Source: Octopus sinensis
Lineage: Eukaryota
Direction: 5' to 3'
Length of the DNA: 64,000 nucleotides
Assembly (NCBI RefSeq): GCF_006345805.1
Contig: NC_043007.1
Location: 23,188,001 to 23,252,000 of the forward strand
The position numbers and the translations under genes are program-made. This document shows, one piece after another, positions 26,587-38,737 of this stretch. The notes under the pieces were generated by a model. It saw nothing but the letters and a program-made list of their open reading frames with translations. It did no database searches and was not told the origin of the DNA. Position 1 is the stretch's first letter; every line of letters starts with the position of its first letter.

Positions 26587-26861
26587 TCTTGTGGGGGTGA
26601 GGGAAAGTAATCAACAAACGCTATTGTAATTGTAAGGATAGCGATACGAGCGAATCCAAAGACACAGTATTCAACAATGTGACTCCGGTTTTCAACCTCA
26701 TATCTAATTGGGGTTATAAGTGAAGTTGCTCATGGACTTTCTTTTCTCCCTTATGTGTTTGGCCTTTTTCTTACTATTTCGTTGATCCATGTTGTGTGTT
26801 TATTTCTACTATTATTTCTACGTCCTTTCCGTTGCTGGTTTTTTTTTTCCGGGTGTAACTC

Positions 26862-27582
26862 CTGCTGTTGCTGCTGATGTTGAGAGAACGGTCTTCGTCC
26901 CAGAGCTCGCAAGATGGGAGGAGTCCGAAACGTGGTCCTATTCGTAAGACCCGCAGAAGAGAAAGCAGGTCAACCCCCCGACACCGAGAGCATCGACGGA
27001 TGGATGAATGCGCATCCAGGCTCAGCGGTTGCTTAGGAAGTCGGGGACAAGAAAGTTGGGGCGAAAGAGTACAACGGGGGTCGCCCCCCACCACTGCCGG
27101 AGCCTCGTGGAGCTTTAGGTATTTTCGCTCAATAAACACACACAACGTCCGGTCTCGGAATCGAAACCGCGATCCTCCGACTGCGAGTCAGTTACCCTAA
27201 CCACGAGGACATTGCGCCTCCTGCTGTTGCTGTTGAGCGAACGGTCTTCGTCCCAGAGCTCGCAAGATGGGAGGAGTCCGAAACGTGGTCCTTTGCTATT
27301 CGTAAGACCCGCAGAAGAGAAAGCAGGTCAACCGCCGACACCGATAGCATCGACGGATGGATGAATGCGCATCCAGGCTCAGCGGTTGCTTAGGAAGTCG
27401 GGGACAAAAAAGTTGGGGCGAAAGAGTACAACAGGAGTGGCCCCCCCACACACACACTGCCGGAGCCTCGTGGAGCTTTAGGTGTTTTCGCTCAATAAAC
27501 ACACACAACGTCCGGTCTTGGAATCGAAACCACGATCCACCGACCGCGAGTCCGCTGCCCTAACCATTGGGTCATTGCACCC
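26862..27582 (-). mobile_element. Two head-to-tail SINEs, head C + tail 3, in a (CTG/TTG)n tract
   Basis: Two ~360 bp units (26862-27222 and 27224-27582). Each has a C head/core and the tail ..GACCACGTTTCGGACTCCTCCCATCTTGCGAGCTCTGGGACGAAGACCGTTC..(CAG/CAA)n. Confidence 0.8.
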
Positions 27583-28227
27583 CTACTGCTGTTGCTGCAG
27601 TATTTGATGCTGTTGTTACTTTCGGTGCTGAAGTCACTGTTTCTGTTGTTGTTGCTGTTGTTGATATTGCTGTTGTTGTTGTTGCAGTTGTCTTTATCGT
27701 CGGCGTCGTCATTGTCTTTGTTGCCATTAGTATTCACTTTGAACATTAGTATTCAATTAGTATTCAATTGAACAGAATTATGATTAAACACATTCCAGCT
27801 ATGGTCATTTCTACTTTTCGCAATTACGTAAGATCACATTCTCTAAAGTGGTCCTACCCTTGTATAAGACAGTAGGTTGTAATTCAGGGAGATTTGGCTG
27901 CTGTTTCTGGCATTCTGTGGACCACATAGACGCTCCTTCGTTGCTTTAGTTGTTATCGTCGCTGTTGTTGCTAGTTATGTTATTATGGTTGTTTTGACTG
28001 TTCTTATTCTTATTCTTATTCTTCTTATATCTACCTCGTTGTTGTTTTTTGTTACTTTTGTCACTTTCTGTTTGTCTGGCAGTTCTCGTTTATCCTCCTC
28101 AAATTACTCTGAATAATAATTCTTCAGTCGTAGCGACAGGAATTAGGCTAAGATGCGGGATGGCTACACTTAGTCTGTACCCACGCGTGTGCGAAACTGT
28201 GCTGCACGCGTGTGGGTGTGTGTAAAA

Positions 28228-28269
<42 letters not shown>

Positions 28270-28410
28270 TGTGTGTGTGTGTGTGCGTCGGTGTGTGTGC
28301 GTCGGTGTGCTGTTCAGCATGAAGAGTATATATTTATGCTCAAAATAAGTAAACATATACGAGTTCGTAGACATACATAGGAATGTTTGTTGTCTGTCAC
28401 TGTCTATGTT

Positions 28411-28493
<83 letters not shown>

Positions 28494-28555
28494 ATAATAT
28501 ATATATGTATATATATATATTATATATTATATATATATATATTATATATATTATA

Positions 28556-28594
<39 letters not shown>

Positions 28595-28728
28595 ATATAT
28601 ATATATATATATATTTGTGTGTGTGTGTATATCTATGTATATATGTATGTATGTATATGTATATGTGTGCATCTATGTATATCCACATACACACATGCAA
28701 TGAAATGTTATATGTGCAAGTGAATATG

Positions 28729-28775
<47 letters not shown>

Positions 28776-29172
28776 CAAGTTTTATTTATTTGTGGTGCAA
28801 AGACAATCAAAAGAAAACCCCAATACAAGTTACATTGAGAAGTGTTTAGGGTCTGACATTTGTTAATTTATTTGAGATAAACAAGGATTTAAAATCTTCT
28901 CAAGGGTTTCGTTGATTTAGAAATTTGGCTGGCCGAAACCATTTTCTCGAGCATAATACGTTTCCCTCCTCCCCTCTCTCTTTTTTCTCCCTCTCTTCCT
29001 TTCATTTTTTCTTTCTTTGTCTGTTTCATTCTCTTTCGCACATGCTATACACACATATACACACACCCGCACGCACATTCACTCACCCCCACCTACACGC
29101 ATATCACTGCTGTGGAATTATGTCAGTTAACAGCTTGTTAAAAGTACTACGAAAACTTTCGACCATTTATAG

Positions 29173-29433
29173 CAGTAGTTCTCAACCAGATTTTACGCAT
29201 GGGCGGCTCCAATTCCTATTTTACTTAGGTAGATCCTCATAAGCCATTCGATGTTTAAAAAAAATAAAAAAGCAAACAACTATATTTTTATAATTGACTA
29301 TTATAAAAAATCGTATTAAAAGAATTAAAATATTTTTCGCTGTAAGTAAAACCAATTTATTGCACATTGGTTTCAATGACTAAATCTTGTATGGACTCCC
29401 AAAGACCATTTGGAACTCGGTTGAGATCCATTG
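29173..29433. mobile_element. hAT (Charlie-like) MITE
   Basis: Ends CAGTAGTTCTCAACC and GGTTGAGATCCATTG resemble the CAGTGGTTCTCAACC TIR type. The 8-bp flanks match at only 5/8. Confidence 0.45.
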
Positions 29434-29468
29434 AGTAATATGCTATCTAGAAATATAACAAGAAATAT

Positions 29469-29860
29469 AGGCGCAGGAGTGGCTGTGTGGTAAGTAGCTT
29501 GCTAACCAACTACATGGTTCCGGGTTCAGTCCCATTGCGTGGCATCTTGGGCAAGTGTCTTCTGCTATAGCCCCGGGCCGACCAATGCCTTGTGAGTGGA
29601 TTTGGTAGACGGAAACTGAAAGAAGCCTGTCGTATATATGTATATATATATAAGTTTGTGTGTCTGTGTTTGTCCCCCTAGCATTGCTTGACAACCGATG
29701 CTGGTGTGCTTACGTCCCCGTCACTTAGCGGTTCGGCAAAAGTGACCGATAGAATAAGTACTGGGCTTACAAAGAATAAGTCCCGGGGTCGATTTGCTCG
29801 ACTAAAGGCGGTGCTCCAGCATGGCCGCAGTCAAATGACTGAAACAAGTAAAAGAGTAAA
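29469..29860 (+). mobile_element. Family B SINE, full length, young subfamily
   Basis: Near-identical to 38738-39150 and to the reverse complement of 9265-9674. Confidence 0.9.
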
Positions 29861-30249
29861 TAACAAAGATAGTGTGTTTGATGGCACTTTAGATAATTTT
29901 TGGTTAGTTTTATATCCCAATGCACTAATGGTAATTGCAAAGGATGAAGTCTATAGCCTAAGTACAAGAGCTTTAATTTCCGTATTTGTTCGTTATAGTT
30001 CTCTTTTTTAAAACTTTAGACGATAAAGTCACATTGTATGACTTTTGTTCTCAGTCCCTGAGTTTTCGTCGTACTTTTTACGAGCTGAAAACTGGCATAA
30101 TCAGGTAAACTGCATTTGCACCGTATACTGGAGGAATATTCTAATAAAACAATCTGGTACCCAGTATCAACAAATTCCTTAAAATTAAGAACTGTAACGC
30201 TACTAAACTATCGCGGGTGTTATGTTAACCTCCAGCCCCCACTTCCACC

Positions 30250-30420
30250 ACCGCGATAGATGAAAATCCGCGAAGTAGATACAGTACTGTATCGTATATT
30301 TGTTTTAATTATTTTTATAAGTTGTATATATTTATTTTATCATAAATGCAAAACAACACCACGGAGAAATCGACATAAGCTTAAATAATAAACCGCAATA
30401 TGGCGGGGGTTTACTGTATA
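30250..30420. mobile_element. Possible pogo/Tigger-like MITE remnant (one end)
   Basis: AAACCGCAATATGGCGGGGGTTTACTGTA terminus and internal CCGCGATAGATGAAAATCCGCGAAGT. The partner TIR was not found. Confidence 0.3.
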
Positions 30421-30680
30421 AACTAATTACTGCTACTACCGCTCAAACAAGATTTATCTTTTTTTTAGTACTTAGAGAGATTATCTCTTCATACATAAAT
30501 AACACTGTTGTGACGTACAAATCTAATATCCTTCTCTAATCTACTTTCTTCCAAGTCAATGCATCTACGTATAATATCGCCAAAAGACTAGATATTACCA
30601 TAAAGAAGTACTTAATTAGCAACTATAGCATATAATTATACGGTGAATTACTAGGAGTTCCATAGGAAATGAATAAAAGT

Positions 30681-31070
30681 GTGGTGGAAGCACTCCGTCG
30701 GTAACGACGATGAGGGTTCCGGTTGATCCGAATCAACGGAACAGCCTGCTCGTGAAATTAACGTGTAAGTGGCTGAGCACTCCACAGACACGTGCACCCT
30801 TAACGTAGTTCTCGGGGATATTCAGCGTAACACAGAGAGTGACAAGGCCGGCCCTTTGAAATACAGGTACAACAGAAACAGGAAGTAAGAGTGAGATAAA
30901 GTTGTGGTGAAAGAGTACAGCAGGGATCACCACCATCCCCTGATGGAGCCTCGTAGAGTTTTGAGGTGTTTTCGCTCAATAAACACTCACAACGCCCGGT
31001 CTGGGAATCGAAACCGCGATCCTATGACCGCGAGTCCGCTGCCCTAACCACTGGGCCATTGCGCCTCCAC
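30681..31070 (-). mobile_element. SINE head C + tail 1 with 10-bp TSD
   Basis: Full-length copy. GAATAAAAGT occurs at 30671-30680 and 31071-31080. Confidence 0.9.
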
Positions 31071-31560
31071 GAATAAAAGTAGCAAACTTTTCACGAGAGA
31101 TGTTAGAAGTCTTGCCTCCATAATGTTAGCATCTTGGATAACATGTACACTTATTTTACAGTAAGACCATCTGCCATACCAAGAAAGACAATGAAAAAGT
31201 TTCTGTTGACCCACACACTTGAAGTTCCCTTCCGCTTATTACAAGGCAATCTATGCCCGCTGAGTTTGGAGACGCTATGTATTCGCCTCCCAACCTTATA
31301 TTCGCGGCATTCTATATGCTGATGTGGAATGGAAAACATGTTGACTATATATTTATTGTGTGAGTTATGGACCAAACAGCTGAGGGCTTGAATATAACCA
31401 TGTTCTTGCATTTACAATCCAACGTAACTATAACATAAATGCAGAAAACCATATCACCATTCCTTTATTAAATATGAATGTAAGTATAAAGAATAACACA
31501 TATACCACATAAGTATACATACAAAACACAAATGCTTAAATATAAATGTTAACTCATTAT

Positions 31561-31930
31561 AGGCGCAAGAGTGGCTGTGTGGTAAGTAGCTTGCTTACCA
31601 ACCACTTGGTTCCGGGTTCAGTCCCACAGCGTGGCACTTTGAGCAAGTGTCTTCTACTATAGCCTCGGGCCGACCAAAGCCTTATGAGTGGATTTGGTAG
31701 ACGGAAACTGAAAGAAGCCCGTCGTGTATATGTATATATATATATATGTGTATGTGTGTGTATGTGTGTGTGTGTGTCTGTGTTTGTCCCACCCAACATC
31801 ACTTTACAACCGATGCTGGTGTGTTTACGTCCCCGTAAATTAGCGGTTCGGTAAAAGAGACCGATAGAATAAGTACTAGGCTTACAAAGAATAAGTCCTG
31901 GGGTCGAATGACTGAAACAAATAAAAGAGA
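31561..31930 (+). mobile_element. Family B SINE, near full length (small 3' internal deletion)
   Basis: Head GTGGCTGTGTGGTAAGTAGCTTGC, CORE-like segment and GAATAAGTACTAGGCTTACAAAGAATAAGTCCTGGGGTCGA. Confidence 0.85.
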
Positions 31931-32081
31931 GTGAATGTTACTATAGGTACAAAATACGAGTTATCAGATTCTTTCTTAAATGAACTTTTACATTTTCCTC
32001 CACTCAAGAAACCTGAAACAGAGTAAGATTAGTAGATCAGGTCATTAGACAATACGAAACCGGGGTACAACAGGGGTCGCA

Positions 32082-32220
32082 ATCACCCCCTGGCGGAGCC
32101 TCGTGGAGTGTTAGGTGTTTTCGCTCTATAAACACACACAACGCAGGGTCTGGGAATCGAAACAGCGATCCTCCGAACGCGAGTCCGCTGCCCTAGCCAC
32201 TGGGCCTTTGCGCCTCCACT
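32082..32220 (-). mobile_element. SINE head C + core only
   Basis: GGCGGAGCCTCGTGGAGTGTTAGGTGTTTTCGCTC..CCCTAGCCACTGGGCCTTTGCGCCTCCAC. No tail. Confidence 0.75.
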
Positions 32221-32475
32221 CAGAAAACCAATGGAATATACAAATTTCAATTTAAGCATGAAAGTTGTAAACTTCATGATTTAAACTGTTACATTCATCT
32301 CACGATTTAAACTGTTACATTCATTTCGTTGATTGACACTGCATTTATAACATGTGTCCATGAGTTTATAGGGTAAACTATTTACAGATTGCCCTTTGGA
32401 CATTACTTATGCAGTACACGAAATAAAACTTATGCTGGAAAATATTAGTTAACTGTACTACAATTTTATATAAGA

Positions 32476-32764
32476 CTAGCAGTATCGCCCGGCGTTGCTC
32501 GCGTTTGTAAGGGAAATAACTATATAAGCATTTTTAGAGAGTTATAGCAAAAAAATCCACTAAAAATGGAAAAAAAAAATTACGGTAAATTTTTTTTTTA
32601 AATCGTAGACTCATCGTAGACGCGCGCTAATACCCAGAAGGGCTCGATATGAATCACGACTATAAGATACTCGGTTTTGGTTAAACTGCACCGCAAAATG
32701 TGGGAGTAGTTAGGAATCTAAATCGTAGGAGACAGACACACAACCTTACTTTTATATATAAAGA
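32476..32764 (-). mobile_element. Non-autonomous Helitron-like element (second subfamily)
   Basis: Minus-strand A|TCTTTATATATAAAAG start and hairpin+CTAG|T end. The terminal ~130 bp is shared with 8632-9011 but the remainder differs. Confidence 0.65.
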
Positions 32765-33189
32765 TGACACAATACTTTTTTTCTTTTAAAAGTACAATTA
32801 TAGTGCATAATGCAAATCAAAATTCAGCACATAGATACATCACACGTAAAATAAGTCATGAAATTTACCAGGATTTAACCAGCGTAGGATGTTTAAATCC
32901 ACTGTCGAGGACAGTTTTATGCGTTATATCTGTAGTTTCATTCATTTGTGACCTACATTAAAGCGTACAAACAATAAATCATTATCACTCACTTCAGTCT
33001 GATGATATCGGGAAGTATTGGAACATTAATGGGTTAATGGATTTAGGAACATTATTGTACAAACAAAATATCAAATATAAAGATGATGAAAAGAAATATC
33101 TAAAACCTTTAATTAAAAAACATCGAACTCGAAAATAAGTGTTTAATTGAACATACGACAGACACTCCATCTCTCCTTTTATATATATA

Positions 33190-33436
33190 TTGGTAAAACG
33201 GTAAGATAACAAAAGAAAGAAAGAGACCTCGATATTATGTAAATAGAGGAAATTTATCTATAAAATAATATGTTACAATTACTCAATAGTCAAGATAAAA
33301 CTCTGAGTTTCAGATGCCGAAGTGGGAATCCACAACGCCAGATAACCGAAGAGATGACGTTGTGGATTCCCACTTCGGCATCTGAAACTCAGAGTTTTAT
33401 CTTGACTATTGAGTAATTGTAACATATTATTTTATA
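33190..33436. mobile_element. (TA)n-embedded fold-back element with perfect 79-bp arms and 20-nt loop
   Basis: 33259-33337 is the exact reverse complement of 33358-33436 (checked base by base). There is a ~70 bp unique extension on the left. Confidence 0.85.
33340..33402 (+). ncRNA. Type-I hammerhead-like fold with variant core (CCGAAGA, extra U before GAAA)
   Basis: AGATAA-CCGAAGA-GATG(..)CATC-T-GAAA-CTC-A-GAG-T-T-TTATCT: 6-bp stem I, GATG/CATC stem II, palindromic stem III with a 1-nt loop. Confidence 0.5.
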
Positions 33437-33554
33437 TATATATATATATTACATCTGTGTGTGTGTGTGTGTTAATGTCACTAGTGCTCTCGATATCTTG
33501 AAATATAGTGAAAACACACACTCACAGAATCACGCGCGCGCACACACATATTCG

Positions 33555-33609
<55 letters not shown>

Positions 33610-33739
33610 TTATTTATGTACGTGTACATATGCCATGAATATGAGTGAAGAAAATTTCCTAGCAGAAAGTATACATATATGTATGCATGTATGTATGTGT
33701 ATATATTTGTATATAATGTATATATGTATGTATATATAT

Positions 33740-33784
<45 letters not shown>

Positions 33785-33890
33785 AATAAATTAAATAGAG
33801 AGTTTTAATGGACAATCCAATATTTTATTTATATTATAATATAACATAATATACTATGAATATAACATAACATGCAAAAACATTAAAAAA

Positions 33891-33986
33891 ACCAAAAGAG
33901 CCAACAATTTGTTCCGACTTATATACTTATATTTGATTTATAAACGATTCAAACCACTTATATAAGTCTAATCAGAGCTTTGGTTT
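33891..33986 (-). ncRNA. Decayed type-I hammerhead in the left PLE arm
   Basis: AAACCAAAGCT-CTGATTA-GACTTATATA(..)TATATAAGTC-GGAA-CAAATTG-T-T-GGCTCTTTTGGTTT, with a perfect 10-bp stem II. Confidence 0.5.
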
Positions 33987-34594
33987 AAGGATAGACAAAA
34001 TTCTGTGTGAAAGGACGGCTGGATTGTAAAAATTTTATTCAGATGCCTATGTATTATGAGCGTGAGTGTTAACTTTTCATCTACATAACAATTACAATTA
34101 AAAAACAACAAAATTATAACGGACAAAATAATTAAGTAAATAGCATCTACAACTATCGAAATATATTTCCATATATCTCAAATAATATTAATTCAAACTC
34201 GTTTAGGCCGAAGACAATCTTTGGCTATTGTGATGACATACAACAACAATATATAGGTATATAAATTAAGTATCAGGGTCTTACTTAATCCAGAGACTGT
34301 AATAAAGCGTGTAAATAAATATAAACGATAAAATACTATTATATTGGTAACATATAACAACTTTTCTCTTTTAATTAAAGCTATTGATATATAAAAAAAT
34401 TGTTTAATGTAACAAAAAAAAGTGTTCTTTATTTAGTTTATCGGAGGGAGAATTCCGTAATAAATATGAAGAGAAACCTAACAGAAATGTTCTCTATTTA
34501 ATTGATTTATTGGAGGGAGAATTCCGTAATATGAAGATAAACTTAGAGCAACAATAACTACAACCTATATTACCCCATAGATATAGAGTTAGGC

Positions 34595-35765
34595 TGTAAT
34601 AATAGATGTCAAGAAGCCATTAATTGGTTTGATAAATTAGACGATAAGTATAGAAGTACATTCATTCAGTTCGATATTGGTAATTATTACTCTTCTGTTA
34701 ATTCCATTATGCTAATTAGTGCACTTATATCTGCTAGGAAAAATTATAACCTTAGATTTAAGAGAAGTTATTTTGGAAGCCAGGAAGTCCATTATTTTAT
34801 TTGATAATAAGTATTGGCTCAGAAAAAATACTAATAATTATTTTGACATAACTTTAGGCTCTGCCGATTCCACCCAGGTTACTGACTTAGTAGGTATTAC
34901 ATATTATATAATTTCCACAATGAATTTCCCGACATTAAAGGTGGACTTTATAGAGATGATGTACTATTTTTGATTAATAGTCAATGCAATAAAAACTAAA
35001 CCTATATATGAAAGAATTCCATTATTTTTTTTTTAAGATTTGGTTTATCTTTCTCTATAGAAAATTAACATGACTTACTTAATTACCTGGATGTTAATCA
35101 GAACCATGTTACTGACCTATACAGCCCGTGTCAATAATTTGAAATATATCAACTTTCATAGTAACCATCCTAAAGCGACCACAAAAATTTAGGTTAATAA
35201 CATTCCGAGACGTTTTTCTTATTTATACTCTAATGAGGAAATTTTTTATAATAATGCCAAATATAATGATGCCCTTAAAAAATCAGGATACTGGAATAGA
35301 ATAGTGTGTTGTAATAAGAATACGAACAGCAACAAATCGTATAATAATGGAAAATTGGTTGACAACGAAATGAGTGGATCTAATAGTGGAAATGTATGCA
35401 ATTTATTCGTAAGTAATAATGATATGGTTAACAATAGTAATAATATTAATAGGAACAAGGGTAGTAACTATATCCTGTATAAAAATGTATATGTAGACTT
35501 AAGTCTAAGGACAATAAGTATGTCAACCCAGATACACCTAATGATGTTAATTGTAATAAAGATAATTATACTTGGTTTATTATTCCCTACGCACGCAAAT
35601 AAAAACGAATTTGATCAAGCAATTTTTACAGATCTATATCTAAGCACTTTCATGAAAAACATAAATATAATAAAATAATTAAAAATAAAAAGATTATAAT
35701 AGGTTTTTCAGTATCTAAAAATTTGTTTAGAATTATCTCTTCCTTTAATAATAAAAGATTAGACA
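34595..35765 (+). pseudogene. Frameshifted PLE reverse transcriptase ORF
   Basis: Catalytic YRDD at ~34949-34960. Multiple stops and frameshifts. Confidence 0.8.
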
Positions 35766-35974
35766 ATGTTTACAATAATCGAAATAATAATCCTATTTCA
35801 GAGATATATGGAAATATATTTCGATAGTTGTAGATTCTATTTACTTGATTAGCTTGTTCGTTATAATTTTGTTGTTTATTTTTAATTGTAATTGTTATGT
35901 AGTTGAAAAGGTAACACTCACGCTCGAGTTTTTACTATCCAGCTGTCCTTTTACGGGGAAATTTGTCTGTCCTT

Positions 35975-36071
35975 AAACCAAAGCTCTAATGAGACTTATA
36001 TCAGTGGATTGAATTGTTTATAAATCAAATAATGTATGTAAATCGAGACAAATTGTTGACTCTTTTGGTTT
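35975..36071 (+). ncRNA. Decayed type-I hammerhead in the right PLE arm
   Basis: AAACCAAAGCT-CTAATGA-GACTTATATC(..)ATGTAAATC-GAGA-CAAATTG-T-T-GACTCTTTTGGTTT. Confidence 0.45.
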
Positions 36072-37129
36072 TTAATGCTTTTTTTTAAATGTTATCTTAT
36101 ATTCTATTTATACTATATTATGTTATATTAATAAATTATTGGATTATCAATTGAATCACTATTTAATTTATTGTTTATAATTTGCATTATATCCATATTT
36201 ATGTGGTATCCAACTGACGTACAGTGAAATGAACTGGATGATTACCACCAATTCGAAGGAATTCCTCTCCTTGGTTTGCCAACTTTAATATATATATCTA
36301 TATATAATATATATCTATATATATATTATATATATATATATATAAGATATAATATATTATATAATTTATATATATATATATAAATAATATATATATATTA
36401 ATATATATATATAATATATATATATAATATATATAATATATATATATAATATAATATATATATATGTATGTGTGTGTGTATTATATATTCGTATGTAGTC
36501 AAGATATCCGAAAACACTGTTGTGACATTAATATAGAGCACGTAGTGAGAAATAAAATATGTTTGTAGTTGTCAACGTCAAGGCCTAACCTTTAAGAAAT
36601 CTGTTAGCAACAACGTACAGTGCTTAGCTGGCCGTGAATCAAGACAGTCGCTATTTTTGATTATCAATTAAGTGCTAATCAAGCCATCAGAAAATCACGC
36701 AACTTACATGGTTTCCTTATATAACATTTTAACAGCATAGTTCCATTGATTTATCTATCAACGTGTCCGTCAATACATCAATTTTCCATTACTGTATCTT
36801 TCAACCTATATCTTTCTGTTTCTGTTTGTCAGACATGCTGTCTTTCAATAACTCTACCTAAGAACCTTCCCATGCATTTAATCTATTCGAATACTGGTCT
36901 ATCTTATCTTTGTAATGCAATGTACGTGGCTTTGTTTATTGCTCAATGTTTATCAATATGTGATCAACTCTTTCCCTTTTAACATTGTTATCACGGCTAT
37001 CTTTCTAGCCATCCTTCCATCTATTTTTCTCTCGCCAGTACAATCCCCTGCTATGTGTCTGTCTCTCTTTCTCATGTATATGTGTGTGCGTACGCGCGTG
37101 TGTGTGTGTTTGAATGTGTGTATATATAT

Positions 37130-37670
37130 ATATATTATATTAAATTAGAGATAAAACCACTATTAGGCAAATCATACAATGAAAAACTTAAGCCAATACA
37201 TATGATTAATTAATTTATATTATTTAAATATATATCAAAATTATTATTAATATAACACTACGATCGTTTCATGGCTGTTCAATTCTTATAGTCGATTTGG
37301 ATATAATCATATTTGATAATAGAGTTTATTATAAGTAAAATTATTATATTATATATATTATTTATATCTTAAAAATATTGATTATATTTTAGATATGTAA
37401 ACCACATGAAGAATGACTGTAACTCGAAAATTTTAAGAATTGAACAGCCATGAAACGATCGTAGTGTTATATTAATTATCTTTTTTAATAATTTTGATAT
37501 ATATTTAAATAATATAAATTAATTAATCATATGATTTGTATGATTTGCCTAATAGTGGTTTTACCTCTAATTTAATATAATATAATATTTTACTATAAAA
37601 TTGGATTCAATCCTAAATCTGATTTTTCCCTGTAAGTTTGGATTTATTCCCTAATATTTTATTATTATTA

Positions 37671-37675
<5 letters not shown>
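37130..37675. mobile_element. (TA)n-embedded fold-back element (~150 bp arms, ~147 nt spacer, unique right tail)
   Basis: 37130-37287 is mirrored by 37435-37585. The left arm carries a ~22 nt insertion. Confidence 0.75.
37400..37468 (+). ncRNA. Decayed type-I hammerhead (core ATGAAGA)
   Basis: AACCAC-ATGAAGA-ATGACTGT(..)ACAGCCAT-GAAA-CGATCG-T-A-GTGTT: palindromic stem III, one substitution from CTGAAGA. Confidence 0.45.
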
Positions 37676-37720
<45 letters not shown>

Positions 37721-37906
37721 CATATACATTATGGCTGCCCCCTCGTTATCGAGTATGGCCATTGCATGAAGCTTAACTTTTATTGGTGCTGTGATCGAAT
37801 GTGGCTTTTTTTACAGAATGGCAACTAAAACCTTTACTGATAATAGCCGGCTGTAATTGTAACTGGGCTTAATGTACCTTTGCATGTCGTCTACATATAC
37901 ATACAA

Positions 37907-37937
<31 letters not shown>

Positions 37938-37951
37938 ATATATATATATAT

Positions 37952-38009
<58 letters not shown>

Positions 38010-38062
38010 GAGACAGAGAGAGGGAGAGACAGAGACATATGTGTGTATGTGTGTGTGTGTGT

Positions 38063-38308
38063 GTGGAGGCGCATGGCTTAGTGGTTAGGGTTTCAGCATC
38101 ATGATCGTAAGATTGTGGTTTCGATTCCTGGACCGGGCAACGCGTTGTGTTCCTGAGCAAAACACTTCATTTCACGTTGCTCCAGTCCACTCAGCTGACA
38201 AAAACGAGTAACACTGCGATGGACTGGTGTCCCGTCCTGCTGGGGAACACATACGCCATTGAAACCGGGAAACCGGGCCCATGAGCCTGGCTAGGCTTTA
38301 AAAGGGCG

Positions 38309-38310
<2 letters not shown>
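38063..38310 (+). mobile_element. tRNA-headed CORE-type SINE, head D + tail 4
   Basis: A-box TGGCTTAGTGG, B-box GGTTTCGATTCC, core TTGTGTTCCTGAGCAAAACACTTCATTTCAC, tail GAAACCGGGAAACCGGGCCCATGAGCCTGGCTAGGCTTTAAAAGGGCGC. Confidence 0.8.
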
Positions 38311-38383
<73 letters not shown>

Positions 38384-38399
38384 TATATATATATATATG

Positions 38400-38682
38400 A
38401 TGGAGGTGGAAATAGCACAGAAGTAAATCTAAGACATTTCAATTTAAGAAGGAATTTAATAAAATGATTAAAAAATTATATTTTGACATATTTTTGACCC
38501 CCAGGCGGAAGATAAACTGTTTTTACTCCAAATTTTCATAAATGTTTACTGATATTTGATAACATGAGATTCATCATCGAAACCTGTAATATTTTTTTTT
38601 ATATAATTCTTAAATCACCTTATTAAATTCTTTCTTAAATTGAAATGACTTAGATTTACTTTTGTGCTATTTTCACCTCCAT
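38400..38682. repeat. ~80 bp inverted repeats with ~120 bp spacer (MITE or fold-back)
   Basis: ATGGAGGTGGAAATAGCACAGAAGTAAATCTAAG.. is mirrored by ..CTTAGATTTACTTTTGTGCTATTTTCACCTCCAT. The left end abuts (TA)n. Confidence 0.7.
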
Positions 38683-38737
38683 CTTTTACTTTTACGTATT
38701 AAAATTTGATTTGTATAGATGTCTAATCTTTTTTCAA

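Larger units (their letters stand above)
33805..36150 (+). mobile_element. Decayed Penelope-like element (RT, no GIY-YIG visible) bounded by ~370 bp inverted terminal arms
   Basis: Plus-strand fragments read AINWFDKLDDKYRSTFIQFDIGNYYSS, FDITLGSADSTQVTDLVGI, GGLYRDD, NYLDV, YINFHSNHP, RFSYLYSNEE..YNDALKKSGY and SKHFHEKH..IISSFNNK, all PLE RT and thumb motifs. Arms ~33805-34190 and ~35800-36150 are diverged inverted copies. Confidence 0.8.
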
